Source: Candidatus Micrarchaeota archaeon
GTDB lineage: Archaea; Micrarchaeota; Micrarchaeia; Norongarragalinales; JAPLXB01
Direction of reading: 5' to 3'
Assembly: GCA_026396285.1 (NCBI GenBank)
Contig: JAPLXB010000045.1
Span: forward strand, 343 to 64,342
Length of the DNA: 64,000 bases
Positions 54,314 through 63,389 of the stretch are shown here, one piece after another. The notes beneath the pieces are model-generated. The model saw only the letters and a list, made by a program, of their open reading frames with translations. It did no database searches and had not been told where the DNA came from. Position 1 is the stretch's first letter. Each line of letters begins with the position of its first letter. The translations under genes were made by a program, and so were the position numbers.

Positions 54314-54970
54314 TCAGGTTTTCCGGGTGCAGGGGACGAGGGAGCGGATTATTTCCTCGGTCACTATGCCTTCTATTTTTTTCTCGTTGATTACGAGCGA
54401 CGGCGTCTTTTCAATCCCGTATTTTTTCATCAGCGTGGGCAGCACCCCTATTTCCAGGTCGGTCGGGAACGCGAAAATGCGCACGTTGACGCACTGGTCC
54501 CGCACCTTGTCCAGGACCTCGGCCTGGGCCCTGCATTCGACGCAGTCCCTCTTGTCGGGATAGAAGTAGAGGATGGGCGTGATGCCCGCCGGCGCGTCGC
54601 TGCAGTATTTCTGCAACTGCGTCACGTAAAGCCACAGTTCGCTGTTGGTGAGGATGTACTTGCGCTTGATTTGCTCAGTGCTTGAAAGGATGCTCGTGTG
54701 CCGCACTTCCTCCAGCTGCCGGGCAAGCCCGTAAATGTTGTTCAACTGCTCCATCGTCTTCGCCTCCAGCGCCGGGCACGCGTCCCGGGTGGCGTTGGCG
54801 GTCTGTATGTAAAACAAGAGGATGCGCGAGGACTGCATCTCCTCGTCTATCGTTGCCAGCTGGCTGCTCACCGAGTCCGCGCGCGTGTCGTCAAGGTATT
54901 TTATGAGGAAGAAGTTGGCGGCGAAAAACAGGAGGGTAAGGAACAACGCTTTCACGTACACGCTCACCAT
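54314..54970 (-). CDS. membrane-anchored thioredoxin-fold protein (CxxC)
   Basis: N-terminal TM helix. Thioredoxin-like core with active-site-like DCVEC, and a cis-Pro region LPTLM. Confidence 0.5.
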   Translation of the reverse strand: MVSVYVKALFLTLLFFAANFFLIKYLDDTRADSVSSQLATIDEEMQSSRILLFYIQTANATRDACPALEAKTMEQLNNIYGLARQLEEVRHTSILSSTEQIKRKYILTNSELWLYVTQLQKYCSDAPAGITPILYFYPDKRDCVECRAQAEVLDKVRDQCVNVRIFAFPTDLEIGVLPTLMKKYGIEKTPSLVINEKKIEGIVTEEIIRSLVPCTRKT

Positions 54971-54983
54971 ATGACATCCCCTC

Positions 54984-56315
54984 CTACCGCGTCCCCCACG
55001 TCCGCTTGGTCCCGATGGCCTCGTGGACCATGCTCGAGAAGTAAACGAGTGAGATGAAAAGCGAGTACACTGTCATGAACACGGTGATGAACGGCAGCTG
55101 GGACAAGCGGACCGGCTGGTTTGCTATCTTGAAGCTCTGCCACACGATGTAGCCCCACACCACCATGGTGAGGGCGAAGAAGATGATGCTGGAGTCCACG
55201 ACCATGCTCGCGAACACGCCGGGGTTGTACAGGAGGCTGGAGTCCACCGCGGCCACGTTCAGGAGCCCGAGGACGCCGTTGGCGACGTTCGCCCCGTTCA
55301 ATGCGATGAGGCGGGCGACGAAAACCACTCCCAGGAACTCCACGAGGAACGAAACCGGGTACACGAAGCGCCCGAAGTCCCCGTATTTCGCGTTGAACAG
55401 CATGTGCGAGTACTTGCCGCCGTTGAAAATCTTTCCCCTCAGCCACCGCAGGCGCTGCTTGTACAGCGAGCCTATGGTGGCGGGCACCTCGGTGTATATC
55501 CTTGCGTCCGTCGTGCACTTGATGCGGTAGCCCTTGTCCTGGAGGTGGAGCGCGATTTCCATGTCCTCGGTGATGTTGTCCGCGTCAAAGCCGCCGACGT
55601 CCGCCAGGGCGCGCTTGGAATAAATTGACATGGGGCCCGGCGTGACGAGCAGGCTGTCCAGGCGCCCGAGTGCCGTGTGCCAGAACCCGAACGCGGTGTA
55701 GTACTCTATTTCCTGGATTTTCTGGATCATTGTTGACGGCTTGTGGACGCAGACCAGCGCGATGACCGCCCCGACTTTTCCGTCCGTGAAGTGCCTCACC
55801 ATCTTCAAGAGCGCGTCGCGCTCAGGGTACGTGTCGGCGTCAATGCATGCCACGAGTTCGCCTCTCGCGAACCGCAGCGCCTGGTTGATGGAGCGTCCTT
55901 TGCCCTGGTTCTTCCCGTTAATCACGAGCCTGAAGTCCTTTCCGCGCGCAGCCGCCTTTTTCTTGAACGCCTTGATGCGCGCCAGCGTGTCGTCGGTGCT
56001 CGCGTCCTCTACCACTATGACCTGCAGCGGCTTCGGGTAATCCATGGCCAAGACGTTTTCAAGGCATTTTCCAATGGTTTTCGCGCAATTGTAGGCCGAA
56101 ACAATGACTGAAATCGCCGGCTTGCGTTCGGTCGTCTCCTCCTCCTTCTCCTCCCAGTACGTGAGGAGGTAAACCATTGCCACGTAAATGAAAACGAAGT
56201 TGGTGACGAGGTAGATGGCGATGAACGGGACGAAGGATGCCAGCAGGTAAAACAGGATAGTCCCCCCGGCTAACACGACGAGGGCGGAGAACCAGAAGCT
56301 TTCCCTGACGTCCAT
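54984..56315 (-). CDS. processive membrane glycosyltransferase, GT2 family (synthase-like)
   Basis: N-terminal TM helices. GT-A domain with VIVSAYN, VEDASTD and DADT. C-terminal Q-x-x-R-W motif (QRLRWLRG), followed by more TM helices. Confidence 0.75.
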   Translation of the reverse strand: MDVRESFWFSALVVLAGGTILFYLLASFVPFIAIYLVTNFVFIYVAMVYLLTYWEEKEEETTERKPAISVIVSAYNCAKTIGKCLENVLAMDYPKPLQVIVVEDASTDDTLARIKAFKKKAAARGKDFRLVINGKNQGKGRSINQALRFARGELVACIDADTYPERDALLKMVRHFTDGKVGAVIALVCVHKPSTMIQKIQEIEYYTAFGFWHTALGRLDSLLVTPGPMSIYSKRALADVGGFDADNITEDMEIALHLQDKGYRIKCTTDARIYTEVPATIGSLYKQRLRWLRGKIFNGGKYSHMLFNAKYGDFGRFVYPVSFLVEFLGVVFVARLIALNGANVANGVLGLLNVAAVDSSLLYNPGVFASMVVDSSIIFFALTMVVWGYIVWQSFKIANQPVRLSQLPFITVFMTVYSLFISLVYFSSMVHEAIGTKRTWGTR

Positions 56316-56336
56316 GTTCCCATCCGGTTGATTCGT

Positions 56337-57518
56337 TCAGGCAGCGCCCGTTCCGTTGCCCGCGCTGGCGCTGACTATTTTTCCCGTAGCCAAGTCCCTG
56401 TAAACGGCGTCCTTTATCGCGCCCATGTTCCTGAACACGAGCCACCCGTCCGGCTCGACTGTCCCGACCTGGGGCCAGACCTGCGCCAGCACCACGTATT
56501 CCGCGGCATCCGGCGAGACAAGCGTCGTAGGTGCGGCAGTGATGTTGTATTTTTGCACGAGCGCCCTTCCCTCCGAAGAGTTCAATTCCACCGTGGACTC
56601 GTTCGTTATCACGAGGCCCATTTGCTCGAAAATCGTCTTGTGCATCACGGGGTCGTAGCAGCCCGTGCACGACGAGTCAGCGAGCGTCACGAGAGTCACT
56701 CTTCCCTTTATTGAGCCCGTCTTTAGGTCCAGGTACGGCGGGTTCGGCGTCCTTATGACGTGCGTCCCGTCGCTTTCGACCGAACCGATTTGTTCCCATG
56801 CGGTCTCGAAGTCGCCGTATTCCGCGGCGTCCTTTGAAAGAATCAGCGTTGGCACGTTCGTTATCCCGTACTTCGCTATGAGTGCCTTGGCTTCCGCTGA
56901 ACCGTATTCCAAAACCGTTACGTTGGTGATGCTCATTCCAAGGGTCTTCAGTTGCTGGATGGCCTGGGAGTAGTCGCCGCAGTCAGCGCACGACGAGTCC
57001 TTGACGTAAGTGACGGTTATCCTTCCCTTCGCCTCGCCCGTCTTCAAGTCAATGAAAACCGGCCCGGGTTTCGTGAGCACGAGAGCGCCCTGCTTTTCCT
57101 CGCCCAATTGGCTGAAGGCTTCCTTGGCGCCGGTTGAATTGACTGCCCCGGTGACGACCATGGACGGGATTTTCCCGATGCCGTATTTGGAGATTAGTTC
57201 CTTTCCCTGCGCCGACGAAAACTCCACCGCGTCCTCCTTCGTCACGTTTGTCCCCCCGTTCCTTATGGCCGTTACAACTTGTTCCAAGTCATAGCAGTCA
57301 CTGCAGTTGGAGGCGATTATCTTCACGATTTGCACCGTGTCCGCCGGACCGCCTGATGCGGCCGCGGGTTTTTGCGCGAACACCATGAACGCAGCTGCAG
57401 CGATTATCGCCACTGCCAGTATCCCGCCGGCTATCTGGAGGTCGCGGACCTTGAACGCGAACTCGTCTTCCAGGAAATTCCTTCCCTTCCCACTGTGGTG
57501 CCTTTTCTCTCCAGCCAT
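56337..57518 (-). CDS. membrane-anchored extracytoplasmic protein with three tandem thioredoxin-like domains
   Basis: N-terminal TM anchor. Three ~105-aa repeats each carry a CxxC, (CSDCYD, CADCGD, CTGCYD), followed by a conserved KYGI(T/G)..PT motif. N-glycosylation sequons are present. Confidence 0.6.
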   Translation of the reverse strand: MAGEKRHHSGKGRNFLEDEFAFKVRDLQIAGGILAVAIIAAAAFMVFAQKPAAASGGPADTVQIVKIIASNCSDCYDLEQVVTAIRNGGTNVTKEDAVEFSSAQGKELISKYGIGKIPSMVVTGAVNSTGAKEAFSQLGEEKQGALVLTKPGPVFIDLKTGEAKGRITVTYVKDSSCADCGDYSQAIQQLKTLGMSITNVTVLEYGSAEAKALIAKYGITNVPTLILSKDAAEYGDFETAWEQIGSVESDGTHVIRTPNPPYLDLKTGSIKGRVTLVTLADSSCTGCYDPVMHKTIFEQMGLVITNESTVELNSSEGRALVQKYNITAAPTTLVSPDAAEYVVLAQVWPQVGTVEPDGWLVFRNMGAIKDAVYRDLATGKIVSASAGNGTGAA

Positions 57519-57685
57519 TCAACCCACTCTCCATTCACTTTAACATCATTTTAACCAAGGCCGCCTAAAGCGATTTTCCCACCGGCGGCAACAGCGTCCA
57601 AGAAATCAGCACGCAAAGGAATAAAATGACTCCGAACCCCCGGCGCAGGCCCCGCCAGCGCAACCGCCGGTTCCCGGCCCGCGGA

Positions 57686-58477
57686 CTATATTTTTCCAAG
57701 CAGCGCGCCGATGGCGTATCCCGCGATTGCGGCGGCGATGCCAACGAACGCCATCTCGGTCCCGCTCTTCCACGGCTTCCCAATGGTCAGCTGCGCCTTC
57801 TTGTACCCTGCCCCGAACAACACTGCGGTCGCGAGCGCAAGCGCCGCCAGCATCCCCTCCCACACCGGGAGGAAAAAGAACGGCAGTATCGGTATGAAGG
57901 AGCCGCCGAGTGACGCGAACCCGACTACCGCGGCCTCGCGCACCGGGTTGGCCCTTTTCGCCTCCTCGCCGAGCCCGAGCTCGTCTGTCAACATCGCGTC
58001 AAGCCACGTTTTCTTGTCAGAAGTTATTTTCTTCACTATTCCGTCCAGCGTCCTGCCCTGGAACCCTTTCTTCATGTAAATCAGGCGCACTTCCTCGCGC
58101 TCGATGTCGGGCGCGTTCTCCATCTCCCACTTTTCCCTCTCGCGCTCGCTCACGTAATTGTCCTGCGTCGCGCGCGCGGACGTGTAGGCCACTGCCGCCA
58201 TGGAAATGCTTTCCGCAAACGTGCCGGCGAGGCCGGAAATGAGGATGAGGCGCGCGTCGTTCGTCGCGCTCGCGACGCCCAACACGAGGCCGAGCACGTT
58301 GACGACGCCGTCCTGGCCGCCTAAAATCACTTGCCTGAGCAGCGAGCCGCTCGGGCTCCGCTGCGCGTGCTCCTCCAATTCCCGGGTGGCGAGCTTGCTG
58401 GCCCTTGACCTGGACATCCCCTTTTCGATGAGCCCGGCCAGTTTGGAGAGCCGCTCGCCGTCCGGCTTCGGATCCAT
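57686..58477 (-). CDS. VIT1/CCC1-family iron/manganese transporter
   Basis: LRQVILGGQDGVVNVLGLVLGVA and the five-helix arrangement with a cytoplasmic metal-binding helical insert are typical of VIT1. Confidence 0.75.
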   Translation of the reverse strand: MDPKPDGERLSKLAGLIEKGMSRSRASKLATRELEEHAQRSPSGSLLRQVILGGQDGVVNVLGLVLGVASATNDARLILISGLAGTFAESISMAAVAYTSARATQDNYVSEREREKWEMENAPDIEREEVRLIYMKKGFQGRTLDGIVKKITSDKKTWLDAMLTDELGLGEEAKRANPVREAAVVGFASLGGSFIPILPFFFLPVWEGMLAALALATAVLFGAGYKKAQLTIGKPWKSGTEMAFVGIAAAIAGYAIGALLGKI

Positions 58478-58574
58478 GCAAAAAAAACCCGCGCCGCCTT
58501 TTTATCCCTTATTGCATTCGCATGCCCCCTCTTTTTTTGCCGCCCGTGCCTTTTCCATTCTACCCCAATTTGGC

Positions 58575-58792
58575 CCACTTGAGGATGAGGCTGCTCGGCA
58601 GTGCTGATGTCCCTCAGCACCGTCATCGTCGCGGCAAACGCCATGCTCCTCGCGAGGCTCAAGCTCTGACCCTGGTCCGTTCTCCCGACGGCGCCAGACC
58701 CTCTTCTCGCGTCTACCACAGTGGCTTTCAGCTCGGTTTCCGTGGTTGCGAACTCGCTGCGCCTCAAGGGATTCAAGCCCGCGCTGCATTAG
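58575..58792 (+). pseudogene. remnant(s) of the C-terminal transmembrane helix of a P-type (heavy-metal) ATPase
   Basis: Two short out-of-phase reading frames end in LSTVIVAANAMLLARLKL* (stop 58656..58658) and AFSSVSVVANSLRLKGFKPALH* (stop about 58790..58792). Both resemble the conserved extreme C-terminus of CopA-like ATPases (ALSSVSVVxNALRLxR). No upstream ATPase body is present. Confidence 0.3.
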
Positions 58793-58823
58793 GGTAATAT
58801 AGCGGCCCGCCCCCAACTTTTTC

Positions 58824-59513
58824 ATGCCCAGCATCGGACAAGAACGCCGCCTCCTGGAAAAAGAGCTGGAGAAAGCCTCCGAACACGACCGGAGGCAAAG
58901 GACCGGCGTCGTCACGGTCCCAAAACCATACCTGCCCCAAATACTTGCCGAAATGAAGAGGGGCCACAAAGTGGTGGCCATAGGCGCTGGCGAGGAAAAG
59001 GAGGTCCTAAAACGCACCGGCGCCCGCGTCATAAACGTGGACGAGGTCGAGACGCCCCGCGCGGACATCGTGAAACCGGCTGCCGCGGAGCAACTTTCAA
59101 GGATACTTCCCAAAACGCACCTGCCAGCCGACCACGTCGTGGCGCTGAACGTGCTCGACATAGCGTACAACCCAATCGAGATATGCCGCCAAGCGTTCAA
59201 GACCCTCAAGCCAGGCGGGACGCTGTGGGTGGGCACCCCGTTCGGCTGGTACGGCGCGGGCCACGGCGCCTACTACGCCATCGGCGACAAGTTCAAGCAC
59301 GCCAGGGAGCTCTTCGCAGAACGCGGCCTGCTGCAGGTCGAGGAAGGCGGCTTGGATAAATTCAGTTTCGACGCCGACTACGTAAAGCACCTGTTGACAA
59401 AGGCGGGCTTCAGGCCCGAAAACGTCCAGCTTGTGTCGAGGCACGAAGGAATTTCATTCAAGAACATGGCCGCCGTATTCGGCCTGATTAAGGCGGTCAA
59501 GCACCGCGAGTGA
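58824..59513 (+). CDS. class I SAM-dependent methyltransferase
   Basis: Motif I region VVAIGAGEE. Post-I region VINVDEVE. Methyltransf_11-like LKPGGTLWV. Confidence 0.55.
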   Translation: MPSIGQERRLLEKELEKASEHDRRQRTGVVTVPKPYLPQILAEMKRGHKVVAIGAGEEKEVLKRTGARVINVDEVETPRADIVKPAAAEQLSRILPKTHLPADHVVALNVLDIAYNPIEICRQAFKTLKPGGTLWVGTPFGWYGAGHGAYYAIGDKFKHARELFAERGLLQVEEGGLDKFSFDADYVKHLLTKAGFRPENVQLVSRHEGISFKNMAAVFGLIKAVKHRE

Positions 59514-59522
59514 CTCCGCCGC

Positions 59523-60218
59523 TCACTCCAAGCCGCCTTTTCTCTTCAAGCGCCAATAGTTTTTGAGCGCGCGGCCGACGTCAAACGAGTTCAGGAAAAT
59601 ATCCAAGTCGGTGAGCCTGCCGGTGACGCGCCCCTTTTCCAAGACCACTGCCTGCGGGTCTGGCACGTGCACCAGGTTCCTTGTCCTGTCCAGCGGCGGA
59701 AGCCCCTTCAGTTCCCCGCTCTTTACGTAGTGCTGCGTCGCCCCCCTGAGCGTGATGGCCCCTTTTTCGTCAAAAATCCTCATCGCCTCGTCCGGGTCGG
59801 TTTTTCCCGCGATTTTTTTCATCGCTTCCCACGCGTTCCCGGCCTTCACCGCGTTTATCGCCTTTTTCGGCAGGTGGAGCAATTCCACGGCGATGTTGCG
59901 GTGGCACAAGCCCTTTGCAGAGTACGCGTCCAGGATTCTTTTCACGTCCCCCGGCCTCTCCTTTGCGAGCCTATCGAGGACGTGCTTGTACGTTTCCACA
60001 ACGCTCCGCTTCCCGAACCGCTTCCTGGAAAAGCCGAGGGGCGTTATGCCATAGTACTCATACACCTGTTCCACCGCCTTCCTGTACTTTTGGTGGCCGG
60101 GCTTGTGGACGACGAACACGACGTTTTTAGGCAAAAGCATTTCCTTGACCGCACCGCGCCCAACGCGCAGGAGGCGCACCGCGGTCGCCGCCGACTTCTC
60201 CATTTTTTCCACTGGCAT
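59523..60218 (-). CDS. hypothetical protein (231 aa)
   Basis: Complete ORF with ordinary composition. No recognised motifs. Confidence 0.4.
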   Translation of the reverse strand: MPVEKMEKSAATAVRLLRVGRGAVKEMLLPKNVVFVVHKPGHQKYRKAVEQVYEYYGITPLGFSRKRFGKRSVVETYKHVLDRLAKERPGDVKRILDAYSAKGLCHRNIAVELLHLPKKAINAVKAGNAWEAMKKIAGKTDPDEAMRIFDEKGAITLRGATQHYVKSGELKGLPPLDRTRNLVHVPDPQAVVLEKGRVTGRLTDLDIFLNSFDVGRALKNYWRLKRKGGLE

Positions 60219-60285
60219 GAATCAATAGGCGGGAAACAGTTTTTATTCATTGGGCAGGGGCGAAAAGCAGTGTCCCTCTACCGGC

Positions 60286-61476
60286 TTATTCCCCGAGCGC
60301 GTGCTCGTAGACTTTGAGGAGGCGGTCGGTGGACCGGGAGATGCTGTACTCTTCCGCGGTCTTCCTCGCGTTGGAGCATAATTTTGAAAAGCGCTTCTTC
60401 GGCATGCAAAGCGTTTCCGTGATTTTCTCCGCGCACTCCGCGGCGTCGAACGGCTTGAACAGGAAGCCGTTGTGGTCGTCCATCACCGTTTCCGGCAGCG
60501 CCATCGCGTTCGCCGCGACAGCGGGCTTGCCGCACGCCATCGCTTCAAGCACCGACAGCCCCTGGGTCTCGAAAGTGGAGGCGGTAGCGAGGAGGTCGCA
60601 GGCGGAATAATACTTTGGAAGGTCCCTGCCGGGGACGAATCCGGTGAACGTGACGATGTCCGCGACTTTTTTCTCGCGGGCCGCCTTCTCGTACAGGGCG
60701 CGCGCAGGGCCGTCGCCGGTGATGACTAACTTGAAGCCGCCTTTCCCGCCCTCCCTCATCAGGCGGGCCGCCTCCAGCAGCACGTCCACGTTCTTTTCGA
60801 AACTCAGGCGGCCGGCAACGAGGACCATTTTCTCCCCGGGCTTTACGCCGAGTTTCCTGCGGACGCCTGCTGCCCCGCCGATTCCGGGCCGGAACTTCCG
60901 CGTGTCAACGCCGTTCGGGACCACGACCGCGTTGCGTACCCCGTGCTCCTGCAACAGCGCCCGGATGACCTGCGTGGGCGCGGTGACCGTCTGGAAAGGC
61001 CGGTAGAACAGCTTGATGGCCCGCCACGTCACCCTCCACGCCAGCCTCTTTGTCCACGCGCTCCGCGCATACGCGGCGGCAGCCTGGGGAAGCAGGGTGT
61101 GGAAAGTGCCGACAAGCGGCAGGCCGAGGTCCTTGGATGCCTGAATCGCCGCCAACCCCATTGACGCCATCGCGTGGCAGTGGACGACGTCGAGGCCGTC
61201 GCCGGCGGCGTCGCTCTTCGCCGCGAACGGGAAGTACGCGACCTTGTACTGCGGGTACAACGGGAACGAGAAGGAGTCGTAGTAGTGGACCAGCGGGTCC
61301 GTGTTTCTCTTCGCCGCCGCGCCGTCCCCCGACGAGTAGATTGACACCTTGTGGCCGCGCTTCTGGAGCTCGCCCCGGAACGAGATGATTGAGTTGACTA
61401 CGCCGTCAACGTTCGGGAGGTACGTGTCGGTGAAAAAACCTATTTTCATGCCCAACGCCTTTTTGATTGGATTCAC
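60286..61476 (-). CDS. glycosyltransferase, GT4 family (group 1)
   Basis: GT-B fold. N-terminal MKIGFFTDTYLPNVDGV. C-terminal ETQGLSVLEAMACGKPAVAAN. Confidence 0.8.
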   Translation of the reverse strand: MNPIKKALGMKIGFFTDTYLPNVDGVVNSIISFRGELQKRGHKVSIYSSGDGAAAKRNTDPLVHYYDSFSFPLYPQYKVAYFPFAAKSDAAGDGLDVVHCHAMASMGLAAIQASKDLGLPLVGTFHTLLPQAAAAYARSAWTKRLAWRVTWRAIKLFYRPFQTVTAPTQVIRALLQEHGVRNAVVVPNGVDTRKFRPGIGGAAGVRRKLGVKPGEKMVLVAGRLSFEKNVDVLLEAARLMREGGKGGFKLVITGDGPARALYEKAAREKKVADIVTFTGFVPGRDLPKYYSACDLLATASTFETQGLSVLEAMACGKPAVAANAMALPETVMDDHNGFLFKPFDAAECAEKITETLCMPKKRFSKLCSNARKTAEEYSISRSTDRLLKVYEHALGE

Positions 61477-63320
61477 CTGAGGAGCAGGAGGGAAACGAAT
61501 GCCGCGACCACCGAAAGCACGAAGACCGCGGGTGCAGTGATTTTTGTGACTGCCACGATGGAATTCACCGTGGAAATGAGTTCCGAGGAGCGCTTTGAGC
61601 CCAGGATTTCCAACTCGATTTTTTCAACAGCCATCCCGGCCTCCACCGGCTCCAAGTCGTTCAAGGCCTGTGCCACCGCCGCATCTATCCTCTCCGCGAG
61701 CGCCTTCCTGCTAGTCCTCATGCCCAGCGGGTTGTGCGTCCCGTTCACGGCGTTCACCGCGTGCGAGTCGGTCGTCATGATGTCGCAGTAGTCGAACCCG
61801 AATTTCCTGAGGCGCGAAAGCACTTCTGCCCTGAACGCGGGCAAGGCGTTGTTGGCGTCAATGAGCACTAGGCAGTATTTCCTCGCGCCCACGCCGAATA
61901 CCGCGACTCGGAGTCCTGCACCGGCGATTCCCTCGGTCGTTGAAAAGCCCTTCAAGTCGTCCACTGCGGTGCCCATGCGCAATTGCCCGCCGTCCTCGCC
62001 GGGATCGAGCGAGTCAATCGCTTCCTCGAACGCGAAGTAGTCCCCTCCTCCGGACTCTATCTTGTGGCCGCTGGTCTTGGAGTTGTGGCAGTCCACTAAC
62101 ACCGCCTCGGAAAACTTTTTCAGCGCCCGATTGCGCAAGGCCACGCCGAGCGGGAACTCGATGTCCTCGGTGGAGTGGGGCGCGCGGGAAACCGCGAGAA
62201 AGCCCTTTCCCCCGAAAGAGAATCCGAAAACGCGGCCCGAGTCCCTTTCGCTGAAAACGAAGCTCGCCTCGCCGGAAAACTTCTTCTGCCGCGCAACCAT
62301 TTCCCCGAGCGCCTTTTCCACGCCGTGGACGCTGGAAGAATACACGGGATTGAAGTCGTGGTCGGTGAGGGAATGGAACACGAACGCGGGCGCCCCGAAC
62401 TTGCCTGCCACCCACCTTGAGATCGCCGCAGGGAATTCGCTGCCGCCCAGGTTGCCGAAAGGCCCGAAGTGCACGTGGGGCACCACGAAAAACGCCTTGT
62501 ACCCCCCGCCCAGCTCTCCCCTGGCGACTGCGGCGGCCTGCGTGCGCCTTTTCCTGAACACGACGACTCCGAGCAGCGTCGTCGCCTTCTCGCCCATTTC
62601 CGAAAGCACTTCCTCCAAGCCCTTGCTTCCCTTTATCCACTGCGCGAAGAACAGGGCCGCCGCCTGGACGCCGGATATTCCGAAGTTCCTGCGCGCGGGC
62701 GCGTTAATCATGTAAAACAACGACCACAGCGCCACCAGCAGGATGGCCGTTGACACGATGAAGCTGCCGGCAGCCACGATCGGCGAAGGAGCGCCCATCG
62801 CGTCCGACGCCCGCCACAAGACCGTGAAGGAAAGGTTCGCGACCGGCTGCAGAAGCGAAAGCACCACCGCCTTCCTGCCGTAATTCAAGGCCACATACGA
62901 CGAAGTGAACCACAGGATGAAAACAAGGGAATTCGCGAGCAGGACCGGCACGTACAATTCAACGTTCCAGAACTTCGTCACGAGGACGCCCGCAATATAA
63001 ACTGCCGCCGCGAGCACCGCGCTGGCGAACGCGATGAAAATGAAGTGCCTGAACCCCTTCCTGAACTCCTTGCGCGAAGCCATGGTGGTCGCGAGCGCCG
63101 CGGCGACGAGCGCGGGCAAAGCCAGGACGAGTACGCCTTCGGCTCCGCCGTAAACCAGCGCGTCGGTGAGGGAAAACGAGCCGTTGATGGAAAGCAGCGC
63201 GGTCAGCAGGAACCCGGCCGCGAAAGAAACCGCGAGCAGGTATGCCGTAGTCTTCCTGTACGACGGCAGGGTGAAAATTAATCCGGTGACGCTCACTGCC
63301 TTCTGCTCAATCATGTCCAT
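61473..63320 (-). CDS. large polytopic membrane protein with cytoplasmic domain (possibly DUF2070-like)
   Basis: From the internal ATG (MDMIEQ). About 8 N-terminal TM helices, a ~350-aa soluble domain, and one C-terminal TM helix. The 103-aa upstream extension to 63629 is Arg/Pro-rich junk. ATGA overlap with the downstream GT4 gene. Confidence 0.45.
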   Translation of the reverse strand: MDMIEQKAVSVTGLIFTLPSYRKTTAYLLAVSFAAGFLLTALLSINGSFSLTDALVYGGAEGVLVLALPALVAAALATTMASRKEFRKGFRHFIFIAFASAVLAAAVYIAGVLVTKFWNVELYVPVLLANSLVFILWFTSSYVALNYGRKAVVLSLLQPVANLSFTVLWRASDAMGAPSPIVAAGSFIVSTAILLVALWSLFYMINAPARRNFGISGVQAAALFFAQWIKGSKGLEEVLSEMGEKATTLLGVVVFRKRRTQAAAVARGELGGGYKAFFVVPHVHFGPFGNLGGSEFPAAISRWVAGKFGAPAFVFHSLTDHDFNPVYSSSVHGVEKALGEMVARQKKFSGEASFVFSERDSGRVFGFSFGGKGFLAVSRAPHSTEDIEFPLGVALRNRALKKFSEAVLVDCHNSKTSGHKIESGGGDYFAFEEAIDSLDPGEDGGQLRMGTAVDDLKGFSTTEGIAGAGLRVAVFGVGARKYCLVLIDANNALPAFRAEVLSRLRKFGFDYCDIMTTDSHAVNAVNGTHNPLGMRTSRKALAERIDAAVAQALNDLEPVEAGMAVEKIELEILGSKRSSELISTVNSIVAVTKITAPAVFVLSVVAAFVSLLLLR

Positions 63321-63389
63321 TTGAAACCCGCCGGAAAACCACAATTTAATAGGAAAGAGGAATTTAAACCCCAGCGCATCTTGTCTTCT

